Below the pieces are notes generated by a model, which saw only the letters and a program-made list of their open reading frames with translations, was not told the origin of the DNA and did no database searches. A program made the position numbers and the translations under genes. This document shows, piece after piece, positions 28,336 to 37,578 of a stretch of DNA of 64,000 bases; positions within the stretch are counted from its first letter, which is position 1; each line of letters starts with the position of its first letter. Source of the DNA: a virus (lineage: Duplodnaviria > Caudoviricetes); IMG/VR virus record IMGVR_UViG_2061766007_000925, positions 6,821-70,820 of that record, one strand, 5' to 3'.

Positions 28336-30160
28336 GTTGACTACCCTTTGACGGAGGTTGTTGTGTTGTCGGTTTCGGCGTTTGCTGTTCTTGTGATGGC
28401 TGTCCTTGTCCCTGTTCGTCGGGTGTGCCGGTGGGTTTACCCTCTCTGATGGCTTGACCCATTTGTGATGACATAGCCATGTTCTTTTCAATCGCCTGTT
28501 GGTTTTCGTCTTGGATTTTGTCAAGGGCAGTTTGTGCCTGTCTTTCGGTCTCTCCGAAGTACCACATACGGACTTCTCTCTTGCTGGTAAGACCTGCCTG
28601 TAAGAGCGTCATCCTCTTATTGAGCTCTGTGTCTATATCGACTAAAATGCTATCATCCCATGTGAACGATACATCATAGAGACCTATCTTCGAGGTATCA
28701 ACCTTGCCATTCTTCAGCACCACATCACCCACGATATTGTAGATGGTGCAATACACATCCATGGCATAGATACAGTCCTTAAGCGCCTTCTCCAACGCCT
28801 TCTGTATCTCAAGGTTGCTCGAATAACTACGCTGTTTGAGGATTTTCAGCTCGGTAGCCGTTCTTGCTTCTGAAGCTACCTCAGCCATTGTTCCCCTCGA
28901 CAATGCAACGACATCCTCAATCCTCATGAGGATATTGTTCAAGCCGTTAATCATGGAAGCGTCTCTGAGAGTCGGTGCATATTGCTGATAGGTGTTTGAC
29001 TCACCCAAATCCACAGGTCTATACAACCTCTTCTGAAGATGCCCCATGACAGTGTGGCTCTGACCTTTGAAGTCCTTTACATCAGTAAGGGCGTCTCGGT
29101 CAATGTCGATTGCAAGCTCGCCTCCTTCGTATTCCCACAACAGACGGGAATACTGTAAGTCGGCTTCCTTGATGAGGGATGTTGCCCTCGCAAATCCACT
29201 TATTCCCAACGGGGAATGAGGGTCTACTGTGTTTGCGTCAGGCATTTTAAAATAGCCAAACAAGAGCTTGTCTACGTTCTTGATGGTTACTTCCTTAGGT
29301 AAATTCTTCCACTCCGGTACACTTGATAACGGAACTTCCTTGCCAAGGCTTGTTACAGCACCCGTCATATAAGACCTGTTGGCGTCAGCGTTGTCCTCAA
29401 AAGCCTGATTGCTGATGATGACATTATTGCCGACCTTGCGATGGTACTCAAGTCGGGTGTAGAGCTTGTCCTTATCCGTCTTGGTCTGAACAAAAGCTAC
29501 CTCTGAGAGGTCTCCGTTACTATCAAAGGCGAACGGGAAAAAGCAATCAGCCTGAATGAAGTCATACCCAAACGAGTATTTATCCTCACCCTCGCCCTGT
29601 TGTTTTGAGTCCATTCCGGCTACGTCCTGTTGCTGGGACTTTATCACGTAAGGCTTGATGATAAGCGAACCTTTTGCGATACCAAACTCAAGCTGAGTGC
29701 GCAACTTCGGTATGAGCTTTTCGTGATACTCGCTGTTCATGAAGTTGGCTCTCTTCTCAGGGCTCTTCGGAACTTCCTGAACTATCGTCTTAGGCTCTCC
29801 ACTTGTCTGAACATTGCCAAACTCATCCGTGGTGGGAGGATAATAGTTAGGATTGTCTGTCTCCTGTGTCTCCTTTGGCGCTGTAATATCGGATTGGAGC
29901 TCAATAACAGCCATCCTCGCCTTCTCGCTTGCAATAAACGCAGGAAGACCGAGGGACACAACCTTTGTGGGGTCGCTGAAATCAGGCTCGTGTAACCATT
30001 CAGCCCTGTCCTCATACATTGCCGTCCACTCGTCGATAGCTGTAGCCATCTTGTTGCTCACGGCGGGCATGATATTAAGTGTCTGTTCTATTGTTGATTT
30101 TAACCCGACCATACGCCTGATTATCTCCTTTATTCTATTCCAAATGGTAGAGAATATCAT
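28319..30160 (-). CDS. portal protein (SPP1/A118-like)
   Basis: YTRLEYH; PLGISGFARA; LLWEYEGGELAIDID; TATELKI; FTWDDSILVD. Confidence 0.92.
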   Translation of the reverse strand: MIFSTIWNRIKEIIRRMVGLKSTIEQTLNIMPAVSNKMATAIDEWTAMYEDRAEWLHEPDFSDPTKVVSLGLPAFIASEKARMAVIELQSDITAPKETQETDNPNYYPPTTDEFGNVQTSGEPKTIVQEVPKSPEKRANFMNSEYHEKLIPKLRTQLEFGIAKGSLIIKPYVIKSQQQDVAGMDSKQQGEGEDKYSFGYDFIQADCFFPFAFDSNGDLSEVAFVQTKTDKDKLYTRLEYHRKVGNNVIISNQAFEDNADANRSYMTGAVTSLGKEVPLSSVPEWKNLPKEVTIKNVDKLLFGYFKMPDANTVDPHSPLGISGFARATSLIKEADLQYSRLLWEYEGGELAIDIDRDALTDVKDFKGQSHTVMGHLQKRLYRPVDLGESNTYQQYAPTLRDASMINGLNNILMRIEDVVALSRGTMAEVASEARTATELKILKQRSYSSNLEIQKALEKALKDCIYAMDVYCTIYNIVGDVVLKNGKVDTSKIGLYDVSFTWDDSILVDIDTELNKRMTLLQAGLTSKREVRMWYFGETERQAQTALDKIQDENQQAIEKNMAMSSQMGQAIREGKPTGTPDEQGQGQPSQEQQTPKPTTQQPPSKGSQQKEEG

Positions 30161-30191
30161 AACTTAACATTGCCCCCATTGTTCGTTATAC

Positions 30192-30225
30192 AAGGACTGC
30201 CCCTATCAACGATAAGGACAGCCCC
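30192..30225 (-). terminator. hairpin/terminator-like element between the 30232 ORF and portal
   Basis: GGGGCTGTCCTTA-TCGTTGA-TAGGGGCAGTCCT inverted repeat with G-U pairs. Confidence 0.45.
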
Positions 30226-30231
30226 ATTATC

Positions 30232-30432
30232 TTAAACTTCGTCTGAAACGTATAATGCGGGTGCAGCGTCTACGATTTCCTGAAGCTCTTCGTCGAGCTC
30301 TTCGTCCTCAGGGTCATCGATAATGTCCTGTGCGACTTTAGCCCCGAATACTTCCGTAAGTGCGTTCTTGGCGATTGCGTCAAGCCCGTCATCTTGGATT
30401 GTGATTACGTCATACTTTTCTTTCTGTGCCAT
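30232..30432 (-). CDS. small acidic protein
   Basis: GGGAGG RBS; DDPEDEELDEELQE. Confidence 0.7.
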   Translation of the reverse strand: MAQKEKYDVITIQDDGLDAIAKNALTEVFGAKVAQDIIDDPEDEELDEELQEIVDAAPALYVSDEV

Positions 30433-30453
30433 ACTTATCCCTCCATTGTGTTA

Positions 30454-31122
30454 TCAAATTTTCTTTGTAGCTGTGTACTTAATGCCCAGCTTAGCGAGAT
30501 GCTTCTTATACATTCTGTCGAACATCTGAACAGAATACTTACGTGCGAAGTTCTCAGCCTGTTTGGGTGTCAAAGGCTTCCTGTAAATGGTCTTGCCTGT
30601 TGCAGGATTTGTCAGCTTTACCTTTCCCTTGTTCGGTCCAGACTTCAGGGGTGTGGTCGCCTTCTTCAGCGCCGACTTGTATGACGCCTCAAAGTTCTTC
30701 TGTGCGAGCTTTTGGTTCTTGTTTACCCACTTGGACAGCTTCGCTCTGTCAACATTCTGTGTCGCCTGAACAGAGTAAAGGTATCCCTGTGAGGTAACCG
30801 CTCTGAGCTCGTTCAGCTTGGACTTAGCAAATACCTTGAGGTCAGCCATAGAAAGAGTTCCACCGAAAGCCTTATCAGGATGATAGTGGGTAAATGTACC
30901 ATCAACTGTTTTGAGCACACGGCTATCAACGGGAACGAAATGCTTCTCTCCACCATAACCGATGATGGGGTTGCCGTCCTTGTCATAAAGTGCGCCATGC
31001 TCAATGTCAGCCTTGACTTGCCCTGTACGGATTACATTTTCAAAATCGCTGACTCCACCCGTGATAGGCTCAAACTTGATTTTGCTCTTGTCATTAGTAA
31101 CAACAATACCTGATGAACCCAT
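30454..31122 (-). CDS. JAB/MPN-like metallopeptidase-domain protein
   Basis: EHGALYDKDG...FTHYHPDKAFGGTLSMADL (E..HxH..S..D); N-terminus MGSSG. Confidence 0.7.
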   Translation of the reverse strand: MGSSGIVVTNDKSKIKFEPITGGVSDFENVIRTGQVKADIEHGALYDKDGNPIIGYGGEKHFVPVDSRVLKTVDGTFTHYHPDKAFGGTLSMADLKVFAKSKLNELRAVTSQGYLYSVQATQNVDRAKLSKWVNKNQKLAQKNFEASYKSALKKATTPLKSGPNKGKVKLTNPATGKTIYRKPLTPKQAENFARKYSVQMFDRMYKKHLAKLGIKYTATKKI

Positions 31123-31219
31123 AATTACGCTCCTTTTCTTTAAAATTATTATGTAAATTCGTGAAAATCATGAAAATTCTTCCATTTTCACCAAATACAT
31201 CATACACTATTTTTGGGAG

Positions 31220-31879
31220 TTATTCAAGTCTTTTCCCCGTAATTTCCTGAGCGAGCGCCTGAACGATTTCATCATCCTCCCAATATTGAGCTCTTACCCA
31301 CACATCACGCACACGGGGTCCAGTTCCACCCCCGATGAGCTTATCTATGTGGTCAACAAGGTTAGGATTTATGTTCAGCGCCTTATCGTCACGATGAAAC
31401 TCCTTCAGCCATAACCTGAAAGCCCAATCATCATTCGCACCACCCTTCCAATGGTTCTCATAGACGGGATTTCCGATGATGAAGTCTCTCACCCATGTAG
31501 CGCTCTCCCGTGCATACTCATTAGGTATGCGAATACAAGGGAAGGAAAACCACATATCCTTTCGGTCAACTTCCCCCGTATGCCCTGGACCATCGTACAT
31601 TGCGCTACTAAAACCACAAACAAGCCCACTGTCAAATTGCTCAGTGCGCTCCTTAAAATCGTGACAAATACACACGTCATCCTGTAAGTGCCAAGTCCCT
31701 CCATCACCCTCACAGGTGAGGAAGGACTTCAGACAGCTTACGAGGTTACCCTCATGCTTGTCATCCATATATATATTTATATCATCTGAAGATATTCCCT
31801 GTTTCTTCATAGAAGGTAACAGGTAGTCCCTCACGTACCACATTCTTCGTGGTACGGCGTGTATCAGATATTTAGCCAT
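31220..31879 (-). CDS. GT-A-fold glycosyltransferase-like protein
   Basis: GTWHLQDDVCIC acidic motif; NDDWAF; NLVDHID. Confidence 0.6.
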   Translation of the reverse strand: MAKYLIHAVPRRMWYVRDYLLPSMKKQGISSDDINIYMDDKHEGNLVSCLKSFLTCEGDGGTWHLQDDVCICHDFKERTEQFDSGLVCGFSSAMYDGPGHTGEVDRKDMWFSFPCIRIPNEYARESATWVRDFIIGNPVYENHWKGGANDDWAFRLWLKEFHRDDKALNINPNLVDHIDKLIGGGTGPRVRDVWVRAQYWEDDEIVQALAQEITGKRLE

Positions 31880-31888
31880 TTTCTCCTC

Positions 31889-32182
31889 TTAGTCAGCGTA
31901 AACGCAATGTCTCCCTGTTTCAACACGACGAACAGCGACACGTTTCCACTCCCTCTTGTCATTGGAGACCTCAAGGAACTCATCACGATAGTAAACATCG
32001 TAGGTAGCACACATCTCATACTCTCTATCCGAGTAGTAGTAATGCTTCTCCATCTCGCATCTGAGGAAATTCCAAACGCCTAAAGTCTTAATCTTGTCAA
32101 CAATCTCTTCAAGAGTAAAACCCTCGCAAGGAGCAAAGCCCCTGTTCTTCATGATATCAACTGTAAGCTCATCTCTTGTCAT
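31889..32182 (-). CDS. hypothetical protein
   Basis: CAGGAGG RBS. Confidence 0.7.
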   Translation of the reverse strand: MTRDELTVDIMKNRGFAPCEGFTLEEIVDKIKTLGVWNFLRCEMEKHYYYSDREYEMCATYDVYYRDEFLEVSNDKREWKRVAVRRVETGRHCVYAD

Positions 32183-32199
32183 ATCCGTTTCCTCCTGTT

Positions 32200-32565
32200 C
32201 AAAGTGTTCTGAGTGTTAAAAGGCTGGGGCTGACTCGTTTCTCCCACTTTCCATCCCCACTGTGGGCTTTTCCTACTATTTGTTACACGGGTGACAGGTC
32301 TTGTATGGTGGCTCCGTTCCATACTCGAATTTACAGTCTTACTACCGCAACTTGTGCGTATCACCCCATCGTCACTTGCTCTGTGCTATGCGTTAGGGGG
32401 TTTGCATTCCTGCTCTGCGAGTCGTGGTCTCCGCATCCCCGTGGGTTTGGACTTTTCCTTGTCAGTTATCCACTCGTTGCTTGAGGGTCGGATTTTCCTT
32501 GTCCTTTTTACAAGTTTTGTCTTGGGTTTATTCTGGGCTTTTCCTTGCCCTGTTCTCTTGTTGTG
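32200..32565 (-). ncRNA. candidate structured RNA/long leader with repeated AAGGAAAA-loop hairpins
   Basis: Follows a consensus promoter; no RBS-supported ORF; four (C/T)A(A)GGAAAA repeats, three in clear short stems. Confidence 0.45.
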
Positions 32566-32570
32566 AGTAC

Positions 32571-32599
32571 ATCATAACATAGTATATAATGTTTGTCAA
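32571..32599 (-). promoter_or_regulatory. sigma-A promoter with inverted operator
   Basis: TTGACA-AACATTATATACTATGT-TATGAT. Confidence 0.82.
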
Positions 32600-32628
32600 T
32601 ACCTTTTTTAAAACTTTTTTATTTTTTT

Positions 32629-33231
32629 CTATCTCCCATGAATACGGGCGTCTATCTCAGTCTGACTTCCCACTCTCATATAATTATAATAGTACATCGG
32701 CATATCCCAATCAAGGAGTTTGGGCTGTTTACTCATAGCCATCCTGTGAAACGTTACGTCTGAAGACATTGTTTCTCCTGAGAAACGGCAATCCTTGACA
32801 AACTCCCGTCTCCAACATTTGCTCCATGTGGCAATCCAATGCTTTCCTGTCGGACGAAGAGGAGTAGCATATCCCTTCCCCTTAAATATGAAAGAGAAAC
32901 AGAGAACGTCAAGCCCAGGATTTTCCTTGAGCTTTTCATCAATCTGTTCAAGCACATACTCGTGTAACCACCAGTCGTCATCGTCCATGAACATGATATA
33001 CTCACCCTTGGCTCTCTCAAGCCCCCTGTTTCGGGTGAGACCATCTCTTCCAAAACCTACCCTCTCGGTTATTGCACCATACTCCTCAGCAATCTTCTGA
33101 GTATTGTCGGTACAACTGTCACAAATCACTATGAGCTCATAATCCTTAAAGGTCTGAGACTTGATACTGTCAAGCCCCTTCCTTATGAACTCAGCCGAGT
33201 TATGTGCCGGAATGATTATCGAGAAACGCAT
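32629..33231 (-). CDS. glycosyltransferase family 2
   Basis: FSIIIPAHNS...YELIVICDSCTD...RNRGLERAKGEYIMFMDDDDW. Confidence 0.92.
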   Translation of the reverse strand: MRFSIIIPAHNSAEFIRKGLDSIKSQTFKDYELIVICDSCTDNTQKIAEEYGAITERVGFGRDGLTRNRGLERAKGEYIMFMDDDDWWLHEYVLEQIDEKLKENPGLDVLCFSFIFKGKGYATPLRPTGKHWIATWSKCWRREFVKDCRFSGETMSSDVTFHRMAMSKQPKLLDWDMPMYYYNYMRVGSQTEIDARIHGR

Positions 33232-34138
33232 TGTAAAGCCCCCTTACTTCATTTGTATAATTTTCCTTATCCTTCTTAAGCAAAGCCCGATACAAGTCAA
33301 AATCTGCTCGGCAATCCCTATAATGGTCAAGAACATACTGTATCTTATAGATTGCGCCGTTTACAGACTCTTCCTTATACATATCAGGAATGCTGTTGTC
33401 CTCATAGTAACCTGCTGTTCCTGTTATACTCGTAAGAATACAGCATCCTTGGGTGACGGCTTCTCTCGGAAGTCTTTCCCTACCACTAAACACGCCAAAG
33501 TCTATATAGAGCTTGCTCTTCCTGAAAATATCTATCAATTCCTGTCGAGAATACCCTTCAAGAGCTTGAAATTTTATCCCAAGCTCGTTCCGGCATCTTC
33601 CCATCACAAGCTGTTGAAAGTAGGTCATCTTGACTGCGATGGGGTTATACAGAACCACATTCCCTCGCTCATTGTTATCCTCATAAGGTTCAAAGAAATC
33701 ATCGTTGAGACAATCGGAGATTTTAATAGGATTAACCTTGAGTACGTCCCTCAAATGCCACATGGCATACGCTGAGTTGGCTATGTGAATGGTGTCGGGG
33801 CGCTCTAAAAACCTGAGCTCCTTCTTCGGATTATGCCAATAATATACATCCACCCCTTGCCAATTCACAGCAACCTGTTTGTCGGCATATTGAGGTTCTA
33901 CTACCTGATTAGCCCAAATCTCAGGGAAAATCACCACCCCGTCGAAGTCCTTAGGCATTTCCGTGACATAATCACATTCGTACTTGGCGAATTCCTTAGG
34001 CTGAGGGTTGCTCTTCGAGGTAGTATAGAGCACCTTTGCATTTGCACCTACACGATTGAGATAGTGCACAAGATTGTGAATGCCCTCTGTTCCTCCTGTC
34101 GCCAAACCACCAGGACAAAGATGTAAAATATCCATATC
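33200..34138 (-). CDS. GT-B (family 4-like) glycosyltransferase (start MDILHL)
   Basis: CPGGLATGGTEGIH; IFPEIW; LYIDFGVFSGRERLPREAVTQGCCI. Confidence 0.8.
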   Translation of the reverse strand, partial: DMDILHLCPGGLATGGTEGIHNLVHYLNRVGANAKVLYTTSKSNPQPKEFAKYECDYVTEMPKDFDGVVIFPEIWANQVVEPQYADKQVAVNWQGVDVYYWHNPKKELRFLERPDTIHIANSAYAMWHLRDVLKVNPIKISDCLNDDFFEPYEDNNERGNVVLYNPIAVKMTYFQQLVMGRCRNELGIKFQALEGYSRQELIDIFRKSKLYIDFGVFSGRERLPREAVTQGCCILTSITGTAGYYEDNSIPDMYKEESVNGAIYKIQYVLDHYRDCRADFDLYRALLKKDKENYTNEVRGLYNAFLDNHSGT

Positions 34139-35453
34139 AATTTCCCTTTCTCGCCCAATACTTTTGAAGGCTGTAGCGGGTAGCGTCGATGCTGTGATTA
34201 TTCTTATCGGGATAAGCGCTGATAAAGTTTCCATCCTTATCCTGTTCATACTCGTAGGTGCTAAACTCAAAATACGTCTTAGGACACCTTACAGGGTCAA
34301 CATAAATATGATTTAAACCTTGCAACCATTTGATACCGTATCTTACACTTTCTGGACCTTTTTCAGCAGGTCTGATAAATGCCCCGTATGCCTTAAAGTC
34401 AGCTACCGATTTTTCCTCTGCGCTATCAGCAATTACCTGTTCCCGTCGGTCTACTAACTTAAGCTCATCATACAGCTCAGTAAACACCTCTTGATTCCTC
34501 TTTTTAAGAGTATCATATTCTGAGAAAATATACAAGTCAAGTGACTTGGGAACAAAGTGCATACGGACAAATCTGAACGGGTCTTTTGCGAATCCCCAGT
34601 CTATTCCATTGTATATATTATCAAAAGTAGTCCACATAGGAGCTTTACCCTGAGGAGTATCCACAAGCTGAGTCATATCCAAAGGCTCACAGTTAGGAAA
34701 TACATCGCCACCTGTTCCTATAGCGACACCGAGATACTCGTGAATATATGCACGGGGGTTTTTCTTCTTCAGGTCAAGAGCTTCCTCAACAAACTGTGTT
34801 CCTAACCAATCAAGGGGAACATCAAGGAAAGAGTTTCTTACCACAAGGGTACTTGAGCCCTTTCCCTCAAGCTCAGCTTCTCTTGCGTATTCGTTCGCCC
34901 AATTCAGCTTGCTTATCGGAGGGTTGAACGTTCTGAAATCCCAGAATAGCGAACCACCACGCATAGTCGATTGGAGTACCTTACGGATTTCATTCTCGCC
35001 TGAGAATTGGTCAAGCTCCTCCCACCATGTTATGCCAATGTACCCGAAGGGTAATTTAACGGACTTAACCTTGTTAGGGTCATCCATACCCATAAACAAA
35101 ATACGCTGTCCTGTCGGAAGATACACAATCGGCGTGGAGTATGTCTTAGGTATGTGGAATAGACTTTCCACTCCCAATTTATAGATACCCCACACCACCT
35201 GTGAATAAATGCTGTTCTGAATTGTATTACCTACCTTACGAAAACAGATTGCATGAATACCAGGATGGGTCATTATCAATAATGGAATGCAGATACCTCC
35301 GAAGAAGGAGGACTTGGTGCTGCCACGCCCTCCTGCTCCGACATAATGGGTATGCCTGTGTTGCATTACATCATCGAGAATGTCATCATACATGGGTATT
35401 ATGCAATCTCTTAACGGAATTTCAGGTAAACTGATTTGGGTTGTCATCTCCAT
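34137..35453 (-). CDS. terL: terminase large subunit (PBSX family)
   Basis: GGRGSTKS Walker A; WWEEL Walker B; TFNPP; GIDWGFAKDP; NHSIDATRY. Confidence 0.95.
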   Translation of the reverse strand: MEMTTQISLPEIPLRDCIIPMYDDILDDVMQHRHTHYVGAGGRGSTKSSFFGGICIPLLIMTHPGIHAICFRKVGNTIQNSIYSQVVWGIYKLGVESLFHIPKTYSTPIVYLPTGQRILFMGMDDPNKVKSVKLPFGYIGITWWEELDQFSGENEIRKVLQSTMRGGSLFWDFRTFNPPISKLNWANEYAREAELEGKGSSTLVVRNSFLDVPLDWLGTQFVEEALDLKKKNPRAYIHEYLGVAIGTGGDVFPNCEPLDMTQLVDTPQGKAPMWTTFDNIYNGIDWGFAKDPFRFVRMHFVPKSLDLYIFSEYDTLKKRNQEVFTELYDELKLVDRREQVIADSAEEKSVADFKAYGAFIRPAEKGPESVRYGIKWLQGLNHIYVDPVRCPKTYFEFSTYEYEQDKDGNFISAYPDKNNHSIDATRYSLQKYWARKGN

Positions 35454-35472
35454 GCTGAAACCACCTTATGCC

Positions 35473-35601
35473 TTAATAATCCTCACCAACAATCTCTCGG
35501 TACTGCTCTGCTGTGATTACGCCTTTCTTAACGTAAATTCTGAGCATAGCCTTTGTGATTCTTCCTTGCTGATATCTTTCAAGTAATACTTCAAAATTCA
35601 T
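35473..35601 (-). CDS. XkdX-family small protein (not in ORF track)
   Basis: GGAGG RBS; MNFEVLLERYQQGRITKAMLRIYVKKGVITAEQYREIVGEDY. Confidence 0.8.
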   Translation of the reverse strand: MNFEVLLERYQQGRITKAMLRIYVKKGVITAEQYREIVGEDY

Positions 35602-35614
35602 ATCTCGTCCTCCT

Positions 35615-35965
35615 TTACTCTACGTCGGGCATACTTAACACAACCAAGTCCTCAAGAGCATCAGCAATACGTGTCTGGTCAGAAACGCCCTCTTCCATGT
35701 TGTTCCTTGCGTCCTCAAACGCTTCAATAGCGTCAAGGCAGTCCTGCTGAGTAACGCATTCTGAGAAGTCACACCCCTGCTTCTCGTACATTTCCTTGAA
35801 CGATGTGTACTCCATACAGTAAGCGCCATTGATAGCACCACCACCTACAACAATATCAAGGATATTAGCCATCGGATAGCGCTCTATCCACTGTTCGGGT
35901 GTTAATACCTCACCTATGGGGGTAATTACCCTGTCTGTTTTGTTCCAAATTGCATAACGTGACAT
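35615..35965 (-). CDS. fibre-assembly chaperone-like protein preceding XkdX
   Basis: Position; C-term SDQTRIADALEDLV. Confidence 0.55.
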   Translation of the reverse strand: MSRYAIWNKTDRVITPIGEVLTPEQWIERYPMANILDIVVGGGAINGAYCMEYTSFKEMYEKQGCDFSECVTQQDCLDAIEAFEDARNNMEEGVSDQTRIADALEDLVVLSMPDVE

Positions 35966-35986
35966 AATTTATTTTCCTCCTTTATT

Positions 35987-37153
35987 TTATGCTACATCAG
36001 TTACTTCATATACATATACCGCGTCTGAATATGAAGACGTATTCTGACGCCCGCCAGCAACAAGAATTTTATTACCAACTGCTGCCGCAGATGAATTGTA
36101 AAGAACAGTGGGTAGACTTGAAACAGTGTGTGTAAACGAACTATCATAGATATCTAACGTGTCCTGATATACATTATTATTTATTGTACCGCCAGCAAAT
36201 ACTGCACAGCCATCTACTGAACAAGCAGGGAAAGTTGACCTTGCTACGCTAAGAGGTGACGGGTTACTACGGGTAAGAGAACTATTAAATACATCAACTG
36301 TATCAAATAGCTTAGTTCCGTTGGAGCCACCCCCAAACATAGCACAATCATTCAGCGTAGTACCTGGTGCAAACTTTACGTTATTAGTCAGTGTTATTGA
36401 CGTTGACACTTTTGACCCCGAAGTATCATAAACGTCTATTGTGGATACATACGTTGTTGCCGACGATGTTATATTTCTACCTCCAGCGATAAGCAAATAA
36501 TTTCCTGTTCGTGCTCCCCATGACGGATTGCGTGAATAAGATAGACTCGTCAAGCTAGTTACTGTCAACGAGGCATTCATACCATTTACCTGGTTGCGTT
36601 GTCTTACATTCCCACTATCATAATATGCTCCCCCACCAAATATTGCGAAAGAGCTTGACCCCACGCCTGCTGGCCACCAAGAATTAAACGTTAAAGAAAG
36701 AGCTGTTCGTGTTAATGAATTAGAAAAACAATCTACATCGTCATATACAAAAGAGCCTTTATGACCATTAACAAAAACAGCATAATCCCCCACAGAAGCA
36801 AATCCTACGTCAGTCCTTACCCTAGAAAGACTGAGTGACGCCGTGTGGGTGAGAGAGGCATTATACGCGTCTACCTTGTCATACACATTACTTGAACCCG
36901 CATCTCCACCAGCAAACAAAGCATAATCTGCCGTACTAGCCATTCCTGAGTCATGTCGAGCGACCTGTAAATTATCAGCTAACCCATAATAAGACACTTG
37001 TTTACTACCACTACTCCATCCCAGCCTTGCAAGTCCGTTAGGGTCACCCACATATACCTTCTTGATTTTCTTGGGAACATCATTTACGCCGATATACCCC
37101 TTTTTGCCATTTCGGGAAATGTTCTGTACCCCAAATCGTAAACCTTTTGGCAT
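35987..37153 (-). CDS. Kelch-like beta-propeller fibre/adhesin
   Basis: Six repeats of the type ALFAGG..s..VD.YN.SLT..sLS..R. Confidence 0.8.
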   Translation of the reverse strand: MPKGLRFGVQNISRNGKKGYIGVNDVPKKIKKVYVGDPNGLARLGWSSGSKQVSYYGLADNLQVARHDSGMASTADYALFAGGDAGSSNVYDKVDAYNASLTHTASLSLSRVRTDVGFASVGDYAVFVNGHKGSFVYDDVDCFSNSLTRTALSLTFNSWWPAGVGSSSFAIFGGGAYYDSGNVRQRNQVNGMNASLTVTSLTSLSYSRNPSWGARTGNYLLIAGGRNITSSATTYVSTIDVYDTSGSKVSTSITLTNNVKFAPGTTLNDCAMFGGGSNGTKLFDTVDVFNSSLTRSNPSPLSVARSTFPACSVDGCAVFAGGTINNNVYQDTLDIYDSSFTHTVSSLPTVLYNSSAAAVGNKILVAGGRQNTSSYSDAVYVYEVTDVA

Positions 37154-37165
37154 AACAGCACCTCC

Positions 37166-37564
37166 TTATGTCTCATACACGATATAAATATCGCCTGAAG
37201 GGAGTGCATCAACTCCAGGAGTCAAATCAGTCGTGCCTGCATATATGTTTCTTACCTGTTTATCGGCAAGATTAGCAACAGACGTTGCATTAGCGAGCAC
37301 CTTTCCACCGAGTGTTCCTGCTGTTACACCACTTGCCGGAACAGACCCCGCTCCGAACTCTCTCCATCTTCCTGTATCGATATCTACTACATTGCTCAAC
37401 TTCCATTGGTATGTCTTGTCCGTAGCGGCACAGTATGCCAAACAACCATCATACATGGTAGCGTCAGCGACAGCTTTCATATCAGCTAACGTAGCATATT
37501 TAAGCCTGTTATCTAAGGGCTTTGCGCCTTGATAACTAAAGTTATCACCTAATGTTAAACTCAT
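37166..37564 (-). CDS. fibre-associated protein
   Basis: PLDNRLKYATLADM...YDGCLAYCAATDKTYQW. Confidence 0.6.
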   Translation of the reverse strand: MSLTLGDNFSYQGAKPLDNRLKYATLADMKAVADATMYDGCLAYCAATDKTYQWKLSNVVDIDTGRWREFGAGSVPASGVTAGTLGGKVLANATSVANLADKQVRNIYAGTTDLTPGVDALPSGDIYIVYET

Positions 37565-37578
37565 AATCTATCGCCTCC

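Noticed and set aside
32179-32364. 61-aa ORF inside the GGA-rich region
   Set aside because: No SD before the start, low-complexity S/R/T composition, and no recognisable motif.
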